This document shows positions 8,267-15,200 of a stretch of 20,000 nt of DNA, piece by piece. The notes under the pieces are model-generated. The model worked only from the letters and a program-made list of their open reading frames with translations, did not search any database and was not told the origin of the DNA. Within the stretch, counting starts at the first letter, position 1. Each line of letters opens with the position of its first letter. The position numbers and the translations under genes are program-made. The stretch comes from an uncultured virus (IMG/VR IMGVR_UViG_3300025913_000002) (lineage: Duplodnaviria > Heunggongvirae > Uroviricota > Caudoviricetes): the IMG/VR virus record IMGVR_UViG_3300025913_000002, one strand, 5' to 3'.

Positions 8267-8295
8267 TTGACACACGCTAACAGATAGCGTATACT
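8267..8295 (+). promoter_or_regulatory. Sigma70 promoter with a second CTAACAGATAG box
   Basis: TTGACA-17 nt-TATACT; the spacer contains CGCTA-ACAGA-TAGCG. Confidence 0.85.
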
Positions 8296-8480
8296 GTAGA
8301 TGTGAGAACGAACTAAATACAGAGACATCCCGGAACGGTACCAACCTCTACCTGCAACCCCGAAGTGGACAAGCAGGAAAAGCCGAGATGTGACCACTAG
8401 CAGACAGAGGATGGATTGCAGGCTCGCTGCCTGCCTGCTGGTTTATCGTACGCATCGACAAACACAAGGAGCCAGAGACA

Positions 8481-8729
8481 ATGGCAAGCACGAACGGCAT
8501 GGGCGCTCACTACCACGCGCTAGTCATCATGCAAAACGGAACCGTTCACCGGGTCGCAACAAAGCAGACGGCCGAACAATGCGCAACGTACCTTGCGTTA
8601 CGGTTTACCCCTCCGCTTTGGAATGAGGCTCGGGTTCGCCGCGATCTCATCAAAATTGGTACGGTAGAGATCGAAGACGACAAGTCGCTCATCGTTGAAA
8701 GCTGCAACGACGTTTGTTGCCACATCTAA
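8481..8729 (+). CDS. Hypothetical protein
   Basis: AAGGAG RBS, ATG, 82 aa. Confidence 0.7.
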   Translation: MASTNGMGAHYHALVIMQNGTVHRVATKQTAEQCATYLALRFTPPLWNEARVRRDLIKIGTVEIEDDKSLIVESCNDVCCHI

Positions 8730-8826
8730 GACTGTTACCGCCGTCAGAGAATGGACCCTCCGCTCGCTGCGGAACGGCGGTTTGATCCTGGTATCGCACA
8801 CATCACATCATGGAGGTTTTGAGACA

Positions 8827-9039
8827 ATGACACGGCAGGAACAAATCGAATTCGTTCGCGAGCTTTCGAACAACGTCGCGAACAGCATCATTGAGCAAAT
8901 CGAACGAGATCGCGTTCTGGCAGACTGGGACGGCAAGGAGTTGCGTCTGCTGCTCGCAGACAAGCATTCCGAATGGGACATGGCAACACGCGCAGACAAG
9001 CGCCGATACCGCAACACGGTCGCCATTCGCGGCTTGTAA
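8827..9039 (+). CDS. Hypothetical phage protein
   Basis: GGAGG at 8811, ATG 8827: MTRQEQIEFVRELSNNV...DWDGKELRLLLAD. Confidence 0.75.
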   Translation: MTRQEQIEFVRELSNNVANSIIEQIERDRVLADWDGKELRLLLADKHSEWDMATRADKRRYRNTVAIRGL

Positions 9040-9128
9040 GTCACACAAGCAAAAGCGGCCGGGTTTCGAACCTGCACAGTTCCCCCGGCCGCACGTCCCC
9101 TCATGGTCACGAAAGGACAGTTAAGATT

Positions 9129-9296
9129 ATGGCACAGACGGATTATGAGCGCGCCGTTCAGCGCGTGGCAGAAGTTCTCAAGCGCAAATCGCCGCAAACG
9201 TTGGCTGCTATTCGCTCATGGGTTAAGGCGGTCGGATCGGACGCTATCCTATCCGCAACGAAGCGCGATATTCGCGAATGCGCAGGAGCGTTCTAA
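9129..9296 (+). CDS. Small hypothetical protein (55 aa)
   Basis: AAAGGA RBS, ATG 9129: MAQTDYERAVQRVAEVLKRK... Confidence 0.6.
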   Translation: MAQTDYERAVQRVAEVLKRKSPQTLAAIRSWVKAVGSDAILSATKRDIRECAGAF

Positions 9297-9298
9297 CC

Positions 9299-10447
9299 AT
9301 GAACGACCGAATATTACAGATCCCACTCCATGAGATCATAGCCGGTGAAAACGACCGGCTGCAATTCAATCAGGACGCGCTCCGCGAACTGGCAGAGAGC
9401 ATTCAATCAATAGGGCTTGCGCAACCGATTACCGTTCGGCCGATCATGCAGGACGGCGAACACATCGGACTGTACGAGATCGTAGCGGGCGAACGGCGAT
9501 TCCGAGCGTGCAAGCTGCTAGGGATGGAAACAATTCCGGCGCTCGTTCGCGAAATGACCGACGAGAGTGCAGCCGCAATTATGCTGGCTGAGAACCTACA
9601 GCGCGTAGACATCAGCCCGCTTGAGACCGCGAAAGCGTTCCGCAAACGGATCGATCAATTCGGATGGACGCACGAAGAGATAGCCAGTCACGCGAACGTC
9701 AGCGCGTCCCTAGTCGCGCGCCGTCTTAAACTCCTCGGCTTATGCCCGGAAGCCGCATTCCTACTCGAAAAGCAGAACCTTCCGATCGGACATGCCGAAG
9801 TCATGGCGCAACTCGACAGTAACCGGCAAATGCTTGCGCTCCGGCTATTCCAGGGCAGCCGCGCACCGAGCCTGCAAGAGTTCAGAACTTATTGTTCGCA
9901 TCTCATGGCCGAACAGACACAAGAGTCTATGTTCGATCTTACCGAGTGCATGTATCAGACGCAGGTCGCAGCCGTGGCGGAAGTCACCACGAAACGCGGC
10001 GCGGGCGTGCAGACACACCCGAACTTGCCGACCGCGAAAGCGAAAAAGACGATCGCGGAGACAATCGAGCAGTACATCGCGGATCTATCCGCCGTCGGGC
10101 AGTCGGGTATGGCGCTCGCGATATGCAATCTGTACGACGCGCTCGTATCGAACGGAATGACGAACGTTCCGGCCTCTCGCCTCTTGCCGTCGTCGCTGAT
10201 TGATAGCGGCGAAGTTGTCAGACCGACCTACTTTAACCGCGCACGACCGGCGCAGAATGGCACAGGTGACAGCATGAACACGACTACCGCCGAACTGCTA
10301 TCCGCACTCGAAACCGCACAGAAGATCATTGCCACCGCGCGCCAATACTTCCCGAAGTCAATTCGGAACTCGGATCGGTTCGCGCTTGAGGCCGCATCAG
10401 CAGAGATCGGCAAAGCTATTCATAAGGCAACGGAGGTAGAAGCATGA
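9299..10447 (+). CDS. ParB/RepB/Spo0J family protein
   Basis: ELAESIQSIGLAQPITVRP, YEIVAGERRFRA, AENLQRVDISPLETA and HTH WTHEEIASHANVSASLVARRLKLL; AGGAG RBS before ATG 9299. Confidence 0.92.
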   Translation: MNDRILQIPLHEIIAGENDRLQFNQDALRELAESIQSIGLAQPITVRPIMQDGEHIGLYEIVAGERRFRACKLLGMETIPALVREMTDESAAAIMLAENLQRVDISPLETAKAFRKRIDQFGWTHEEIASHANVSASLVARRLKLLGLCPEAAFLLEKQNLPIGHAEVMAQLDSNRQMLALRLFQGSRAPSLQEFRTYCSHLMAEQTQESMFDLTECMYQTQVAAVAEVTTKRGAGVQTHPNLPTAKAKKTIAETIEQYIADLSAVGQSGMALAICNLYDALVSNGMTNVPASRLLPSSLIDSGEVVRPTYFNRARPAQNGTGDSMNTTTAELLSALETAQKIIATARQYFPKSIRNSDRFALEAASAEIGKAIHKATEVEA

Positions 10448-10518
10448 TCCTAACCACGCTCGCCGGCCTCCTCCTGCTGCTCTGCGTCGTGTTCGGCGCG
10501 AAAGGAGATACGCCGTGA
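10444..10518 (+). CDS. 24-aa hydrophobic peptide
   Basis: Hand-translated MILTTLAGLLLLLCVVFGAKGDTP; GGAGG RBS and 4-nt overlaps at both ends. Confidence 0.55.
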   Translation: MILTTLAGLLLLLCVVFGAKGDTP

Positions 10519-10820
10519 ACGAGATACCACTCCACATCCAACACGCCATCAGCAACAGCCCGGTGTTCGCCGAAATGACGATCAAGCTAAACCAGATCGT
10601 ACAGCTCTGCAACCACGAAGGCACGACGCTCGCCACGGAACAGCGCGAAAGCTTGGAGGTTGTTCGCGTGCTGACGACGATCAAAGATGATCCGCGCGTG
10701 TTCCGGCTTTACGCGGACTACGTGGCGGAACAGGTACACGCAGAGATCAACAAGAGGGAGACAAATGAATTCGCGCGATCTCGACAAAGCCAGCAGACTT
10801 GCCGACAAACACACTTCTGA
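10515..10820 (+). CDS. Hypothetical protein
   Basis: AAAGGAG RBS, GTG start. Confidence 0.65.
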   Translation: MNEIPLHIQHAISNSPVFAEMTIKLNQIVQLCNHEGTTLATEQRESLEVVRVLTTIKDDPRVFRLYADYVAEQVHAEINKRETNEFARSRQSQQTCRQTHF

Positions 10821-10980
10821 AGAACTGGGACAGATGTGCATGGAAACTGTTGGCAACAAGAAACAATCCGATATTCTCGCGTGGGCCGTGACCCTGCGAC
10901 TCGCCGCGAACCGGGCCGCTGCTGGCAATCCTGTTCCCACTTGCGGATACTCTGGACGACAAACTAACCGGCGGCGCTAA
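10765..10980 (+). CDS. Hypothetical protein
   Basis: GAGGGAG RBS, ATG 10765 MNSRDLDKASRLAD...; overlaps the upstream ORF by 56 nt. Confidence 0.55.
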   Translation: MNSRDLDKASRLADKHTSEELGQMCMETVGNKKQSDILAWAVTLRLAANRAAAGNPVPTCGYSGRQTNRRR

Positions 10981-10994
10981 CAAGGAGATTGGAA

Positions 10995-11189
10995 ATGGAA
11001 ACACTCTGCACGATCATCTGCAAAGGTAACGACCTGTACGAAGACTACGTTTATACCTGCGTGCCTCTCAAAGAGGCTATCGAAAACGCCGAAGAAGCAC
11101 TCTGCACCGAGAAATACAAATTCGTCCGCGTCTACGCCGAGACCAACAACGGCACAACGCTAACGCTCATCTACTCACCCACACCCTGA
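10995..11189 (+). CDS. Small acidic hypothetical protein
   Basis: AAGGAG RBS, ATG 10995. Confidence 0.65.
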   Translation: METLCTIICKGNDLYEDYVYTCVPLKEAIENAEEALCTEKYKFVRVYAETNNGTTLTLIYSPTP

Positions 11190-11291
11190 GAAAAGGAAGC
11201 GGCCACGCCCGGAAAGGAGTAAACCGAGCGCGGCCGCTTTAGAGCCGTCGGGGGACAGGCGACGGGAGTGGGGCGGAAGGAAGGCGGACAC

Positions 11292-11331
11292 AAAGAAAAC
11301 AGGCTCGCGTCCACAATGGATGGCGAGCCTG
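11292..11331 (-). terminator. Intrinsic terminator
   Basis: CAGGCTCGC/GCGAGCCTG 9-bp stem plus inner TCCA/TGGA pairing, followed by TTTTCTTT on the minus strand. Confidence 0.7.
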
Positions 11332-11364
11332 CTCTGTGCAAAGGTGTGAGACGCAACTATCTCC
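11293..11364 (-). ncRNA. Candidate small RNA (~70 nt, two stem-loops)
   Basis: Bounded by a minus-strand promoter and an intrinsic terminator; ends are approximate. Confidence 0.5.
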
Positions 11365-11370
11365 ACTGCA

Positions 11371-11400
11371 ATTCTACTGCAAGCAGTTCAATTTTGTCAA
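11371..11400 (-). promoter_or_regulatory. Sigma70 promoter (leftward)
   Basis: Minus strand TTGACA-18 nt-TAGAAT. Confidence 0.7.
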
Positions 11401-11441
11401 GTGCTCGGTTTTTTGTGTAACTATTTTTCAGTTTTTTACAA

Positions 11442-11488
11442 AATACCTAGTTTTACCCCTTGACAACCGGTACTAGGTATTGTAAAAT
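11442..11488 (+). promoter_or_regulatory. Sigma70 promoter with a 10-bp inverted repeat flanking the -35
   Basis: TTGACA (11460)-17 nt-TAAAAT (11483); AATACCTAGT (11442-11451) and ACTAGGTATT (11472-11481). Confidence 0.8.
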
Positions 11489-11559
11489 TAACCTATCACA
11501 AACACACAGGCGAGCCGCGCTGGAACCGCGATCGCCGCGACGAAGAGGAGACTACGAAG

Positions 11560-11775
11560 ATGATTAAGGCAAAACTGTTTGACAGCCCAGCAGACAAGTA
11601 TGGATGCGATGTGATCGCGCATTTTCCAACAGACGGTAAGCCTTATCTGACCTATAGTGACGGCACGCGAATTCGCGGCAAGGCAATCGCCGACGTTTTC
11701 GCGTCTGGCTTGACCGCAAGCCAGATCGAACTTCTGAAGTCCGCAAATTACCCCATCGTCGGAACTAAGGAGTAA
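11560..11775 (+). CDS. Hypothetical protein
   Basis: GAGGAG RBS, ATG, 71 aa. Confidence 0.72.
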   Translation: MIKAKLFDSPADKYGCDVIAHFPTDGKPYLTYSDGTRIRGKAIADVFASGLTASQIELLKSANYPIVGTKE

Positions 11776-11777
11776 TC

Positions 11778-12122
11778 ATGGACACATTAAGCCCAGTTGA
11801 GTTTTTAAAGTCGTTTGACAACACGAGACTCGTCCACTGCATCCAGACGCCGTTATCCGTCGCAGGGCTGAATAACCTGCTGGAAGAGCATAACGGCGCA
11901 GGGGACTTCATTTCGAAATCTGATTGGCCGAGGGCTGTAGAAGCAGCAACTTACAATGAGCGGTTAATCCGAGACGGGATCGGATTGACCTACGAAAACG
12001 GATGGCTCGTGATGTACCACGGCTCGCAGCGCAAAGCGTATCGAGGATCGTCGGTGGAAGGTTGGGGCAGCGGTCTAACTGACAGCGACCGCGAATATGC
12101 CAGATCGTTTTTCGAGAAGTAG
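11778..12122 (+). CDS. Hypothetical protein
   Basis: TAAGGAG RBS, ATG, 114 aa. Confidence 0.75.
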   Translation: MDTLSPVEFLKSFDNTRLVHCIQTPLSVAGLNNLLEEHNGAGDFISKSDWPRAVEAATYNERLIRDGIGLTYENGWLVMYHGSQRKAYRGSSVEGWGSGLTDSDREYARSFFEK

Positions 12123-12179
12123 GGTTAGTCGGGGCGCGCCGCTGGAACCGGCCGCCCCCGGACGACAAAGGACAAAAAA

Positions 12180-12446
12180 ATGAACTATGTGATTTCATCC
12201 AAGCAACGATTTAACACCGCCGAAGAGGTGTTCTCGGCAGCATCGGACCCGATCGGTATGCGCGGTAACCTCTGCGTAGAGCAAATCACGCAATCGCCGC
12301 GCCGCACTCGCATTGTGGTTGAGTGCAACGCTAAAGGGGCATGGTACGGATCACTTGGCGGCTACTACAATGCCGCGCAATTACTGGCCCATGACATGGG
12401 CGCAAAAATTAGGGAAGCAAAAGAGAGTGATTTGCGGGGCGCGTGA
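12180..12446 (+). CDS. Hypothetical protein
   Basis: AAAGGA RBS, ATG, 88 aa. Confidence 0.7.
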   Translation: MNYVISSKQRFNTAEEVFSAASDPIGMRGNLCVEQITQSPRRTRIVVECNAKGAWYGSLGGYYNAAQLLAHDMGAKIREAKESDLRGA

Positions 12447-12512
12447 CTGGACTCACCGCCCCCGGCCCGCCAGGAGACAGCGGGCATACTCAGTTTACCA
12501 GGGAGACAACCA

Positions 12513-12689
12513 ATGCCGCGATACATCCTATCCAACATCAAAGGCCGCGTCGTGTTCGTGCGGCCAGATATGCCCCGGACGCCGATTATCCAGGTGTTTA
12601 GCCACTACGGACAGGCCGAAACGAAACGCGCGGTAGAGCTGATCCAGAAGGCCCTTGAGGCGGAGGAACAAACCAGTGGGCAAGATTAA
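12513..12689 (+). CDS. Small hypothetical protein (58 aa)
   Basis: Hand-translated, not in the track: AGGGAG RBS, MPRYILSNIKGRVVFVRPDMPRTPIIQVFSHYGQAETKRAVELIQKALEAEEQTSGQD. Confidence 0.6.
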   Translation: MPRYILSNIKGRVVFVRPDMPRTPIIQVFSHYGQAETKRAVELIQKALEAEEQTSGQD

Positions 12690-12873
12690 GGACCGTCGCG
12701 CCGTCACCAGCCCGGTCAACGCCCGCAAGGGTGGCAGGCCGCGCACAGTCGGCGACGGCGAAATCTACAGCATCAAACTCCCGCGCACGCTCTACGACTG
12801 GCTGCGCTCCTTGCCCACCGAGGAGGTGCGGAGCCGTCTGACGCGGTGGATGGTCGAAGAGCATATTGTCTAG
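12676..12873 (+). CDS. Small DNA-binding protein (KGGRP AT-hook-like motif plus ribbon-helix-helix-like region)
   Basis: GGAGG RBS, GTG 12676; NARKGGRPR then YSIKLPRTLYDWLRSL...VRSRLTRW. Confidence 0.65.
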   Translation: MGKIKDRRAVTSPVNARKGGRPRTVGDGEIYSIKLPRTLYDWLRSLPTEEVRSRLTRWMVEEHIV

Positions 12874-13346
12874 AGACGTTTCCGGCTGTGACGGTCTACG
12901 GCCCCGACCACGCGCAGCCGGTCGTCGTCCCACGTAGACTTATCTGTCGTCACGACCCCCGCCGCCGTCGGGTTACCTACATCACGGACTTTGCTGCCTT
13001 GTGCAATCGCGATCTTGTATCGCTCGCGCTCGATCGGGTCCGACGGGTCGCGCATAATCATCTTCGCCTCTCGTATCTTATCGCGCACAAGCTCCGCCCA
13101 CCGAAACAGCGTACTCTCGTGACGGTACCGGTCCTTACGCACCAGGCTCGGATAATCGCACTGCATCTCCTTAAACGTTTCGCCGTCTTGACTGCGCCGC
13201 CAGACTTCCACCTTCAACTGCCACGACGCTGCGCCCGTTTCGCGCTCGGACAAGAAACCGTTCCTGCCGAGCCAGCGCGCTAAATCGACATCGCGCGACA
13301 CGCACAGCCGCCGCGCAATAACCTCGTCCGTGTTTGATTTGTCCAT
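12870..13346 (-). CDS. Hypothetical protein
   Basis: 158-aa ATG ORF ending the leftward block, convergent with a 4-nt overlap. Confidence 0.55.
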   Translation of the reverse strand: MDKSNTDEVIARRLCVSRDVDLARWLGRNGFLSERETGAASWQLKVEVWRRSQDGETFKEMQCDYPSLVRKDRYRHESTLFRWAELVRDKIREAKMIMRDPSDPIERERYKIAIAQGSKVRDVGNPTAAGVVTTDKSTWDDDRLRVVGAVDRHSRKRL

Positions 13347-13380
13347 AAATCAAAATCAGTCGAGATTTGGAAATGTCCTT

Positions 13381-13584
13381 CTACTGATGCTCAAGCCCCT
13401 CCCGCGCCAGCGCGATCAACTCCCGACACCGATCGCACGGCGCTTCGTAGTAGCCGTGTGCGAGGATCGTGGCAGGTTCCGTGTCGGCGATTGCCTGGAG
13501 TGTATTGCTAAATCGGGCATTCTGTGCGAGCAATTCGTGAATAGCTTCCCAAGCGGTTTCCAAGTCCGTAATTGGTCGGTTCAT
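13381..13584 (-). CDS. Small hypothetical protein (CxxC)
   Basis: GGAGGTG RBS, ATGA overlap; APCDRCRELIALAREGL. Confidence 0.65.
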   Translation of the reverse strand: MNRPITDLETAWEAIHELLAQNARFSNTLQAIADTEPATILAHGYYEAPCDRCRELIALAREGLEHQ

Positions 13585-14144
13585 TCTGCTCCACCTCCTC
13601 CCTCTCGCCCCGCTCGCCGTCGCTGTCGTCGTGCCCCGCTCGCGCCGTCGGTGGTGGTGGGCGTGGTGGGGCGGCGTGGATAGTAAACGCGGGTACGCGC
13701 TTTATAGGCAACAACGTCAGCACGACTGAGCATCTTGCGACCTTCGATATGGGTCAGAATACGGATGTGACCCCTCTTGATTGCCTGATAAACAGTGATC
13801 GTTTTTAACTGAAGCAGATCAGCAGCAGCGGGAATATCGATAAGATCGGCTATGTCAACACCGTTGTTATATGCGCAAGCGCCATTGAATGACGAAGGGT
13901 CCTTGCCACACTTGCGAATGTTGCAGGCAGGATGCGTTACCTGCATGTTTTCAGCGTTGTTCGATCCACCTAGCACCTCAGGCTGTCGGTGGTCTAGGTG
14001 CATTCGATCAAAATCAACCGGCGTACCGCACAAAGCACAGATGCCGCCGTCACGCTCATAAATCATCCGCCGAAATAAATGATCCTTCTCCGCATGCAGC
14101 AAAGAAGTAAAACGTGAATCTGTAATGCCGCGATAGTATTTCAC
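13581..14144 (-). CDS. HNH endonuclease fused to an excisionase-like HTH (HTH_17-like)
   Basis: ERDGGICALCG...HLDHRQPEVLGGSNNAENMQVTHPACNIRK, then LIDIPAAADLLQLKTITVYQAIKRGHI...MLSRADVVAY. Confidence 0.85.
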   Translation of the reverse strand: MKYYRGITDSRFTSLLHAEKDHLFRRMIYERDGGICALCGTPVDFDRMHLDHRQPEVLGGSNNAENMQVTHPACNIRKCGKDPSSFNGACAYNNGVDIADLIDIPAAADLLQLKTITVYQAIKRGHIRILTHIEGRKMLSRADVVAYKARTRVYYPRRPTTPTTTDGASGARRQRRRAGREGGGGAE

Positions 14145-14296
14145 TTCTGCTCACCGTCCTTCTGTATCTTCTGCTCCAAAGAACGGATCAACTCGCGCAC
14201 AATCTCGGTCTGAGAACGACCTTCCTGCGCTGCGTACGTCTCAAGGATTTGCTTCTCCTTGGGCGTAATCCTAATACCAATCATGTTCTTCTCCAT
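14141..14296 (-). CDS. CopG/ribbon-helix-helix transcriptional regulator
   Basis: MEKNMIGIRITPKEKQILETYAAQEGRSQTEIVRELIRSLE; ATG 14296 lies 7 nt after TAAAAT, with no SD. Confidence 0.85.
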   Translation of the reverse strand: MEKNMIGIRITPKEKQILETYAAQEGRSQTEIVRELIRSLEQKIQKDGEQK

Positions 14297-14355
14297 GCTA
14301 ACAATTTTACTGCAAAAATTAAAACTTCCGAACACATCCTATGATAGCATATTTA

Positions 14356-14385
14356 TTGACAAATTGCTAGCGATCGTGCTACAAT
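14356..14385 (+). promoter_or_regulatory. Sigma70 promoter with extended -10 and TGCTA/TAGCA repeats
   Basis: TTGACA-18 nt-TACAAT with TGC immediately upstream of the -10. Confidence 0.8.
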
Positions 14386-14410
14386 ACTAAAACATCGAAA
14401 GGATACTACA

Positions 14411-14644
14411 ATGCCCAAGACTTACGAAATCGTACCGTGCAACCCGTTCTACAATTCGGCGTTCGAGCAAGTGGCAGGCTACTGCGCCGCCGCGCCGAAT
14501 TGTAGGCTCGAAGACAAGGATGAAGCGATTCGCCGATGCAATGCATTGCAAGCAGAATTCCCGGCGTGGCAATGGGAAGTCAACGAGCACGAGGGAAGGT
14601 TCTACAATCGCATCCATTCGGCACAGAAGAAAGCAGCGCAATGA
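14411..14644 (+). CDS. Hypothetical protein
   Basis: AAAGGA RBS, ATG, 77 aa. Confidence 0.7.
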   Translation: MPKTYEIVPCNPFYNSAFEQVAGYCAAAPNCRLEDKDEAIRRCNALQAEFPAWQWEVNEHEGRFYNRIHSAQKKAAQ

Positions 14645-14952
14645 GCAGAAGTATATTCGGATGGTCGTATCCGCCAGGATGCAGCGGGCCGCCTGATTAT
14701 CCCGACGAAGCGGACGCTGTTCAACCGCAATGCTCGTGCGGCGCGTATCTCTCGTGGAAGCCGCACAGAACCGAGCGCGTAGACATCATGGCTAACTGTC
14801 CAGGGTTTACCGAGGAGGATGCTGAATTCATGTGGGAATCTGAATGCGGGAACAATAAGCCGCATGAGCCACACAAGTTTTTGTACGAGTACCGCACCGT
14901 GCTGATATGGGATTGCAAGCGATGCAAGAAGGAATATCGGTACACCGGATAG
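14641..14952 (+). CDS. Cys-rich hypothetical phage protein
   Basis: ATGA overlap; MSRSIFGWSYPPGCSGPP...CSCG...CKRC. Confidence 0.7.
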   Translation: MSRSIFGWSYPPGCSGPPDYPDEADAVQPQCSCGAYLSWKPHRTERVDIMANCPGFTEEDAEFMWESECGNNKPHEPHKFLYEYRTVLIWDCKRCKKEYRYTG

Positions 14953-14987
14953 GAACAGGGGCGGAAGCAGGGAGAGAGCGAGACGCC

Positions 14988-15200
14988 GTGAAACACATAT
15001 CAACAGTGGTCGATTACATCATTACATGCTCTAGGTGCGGTGAAAACCAGAGCATCATCGACGCGGGCTTAGTAGCATCATCAAAACGAGAAGCGGAAAT
15101 AATGTTCCGCGCCGACGGATGGAAGATCGGCAAAGAAGCACTCTGCGAACGATGTTCGGGAAACATGATAGAGGATAAAGAGGAGACCGATAAGGCATGA
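14988..15200 (+). CDS. Small zinc-finger-like protein
   Basis: GTG start; ITCSRCG...ADGWKIGKEALCERC. Confidence 0.65.
   Translation: MKHISTVVDYIITCSRCGENQSIIDAGLVASSKREAEIMFRADGWKIGKEALCERCSGNMIEDKEETDKA

Noticed and set aside
8302..8480. Hammerhead ribozyme or c-di-GMP riboswitch
   Set aside because: The required conserved cores (CUGANGA/GAAA; GCAAA...GACGCAAAGC) are absent.
9055..9092. tRNA gene or tRNA-derived att site (minus strand GGTTCGAAACC resembles a T-loop)
   Set aside because: No D-arm, anticodon arm, acceptor stem or CCA; it is part of a single hairpin.
10474..11340. Type I toxin-antitoxin pairing between the 24-aa peptide mRNA and the candidate sRNA
   Set aside because: Only about 8 nt of complementarity (CTGCTCTG), and a 9-nt match at 11019-11027; both are expected by chance.
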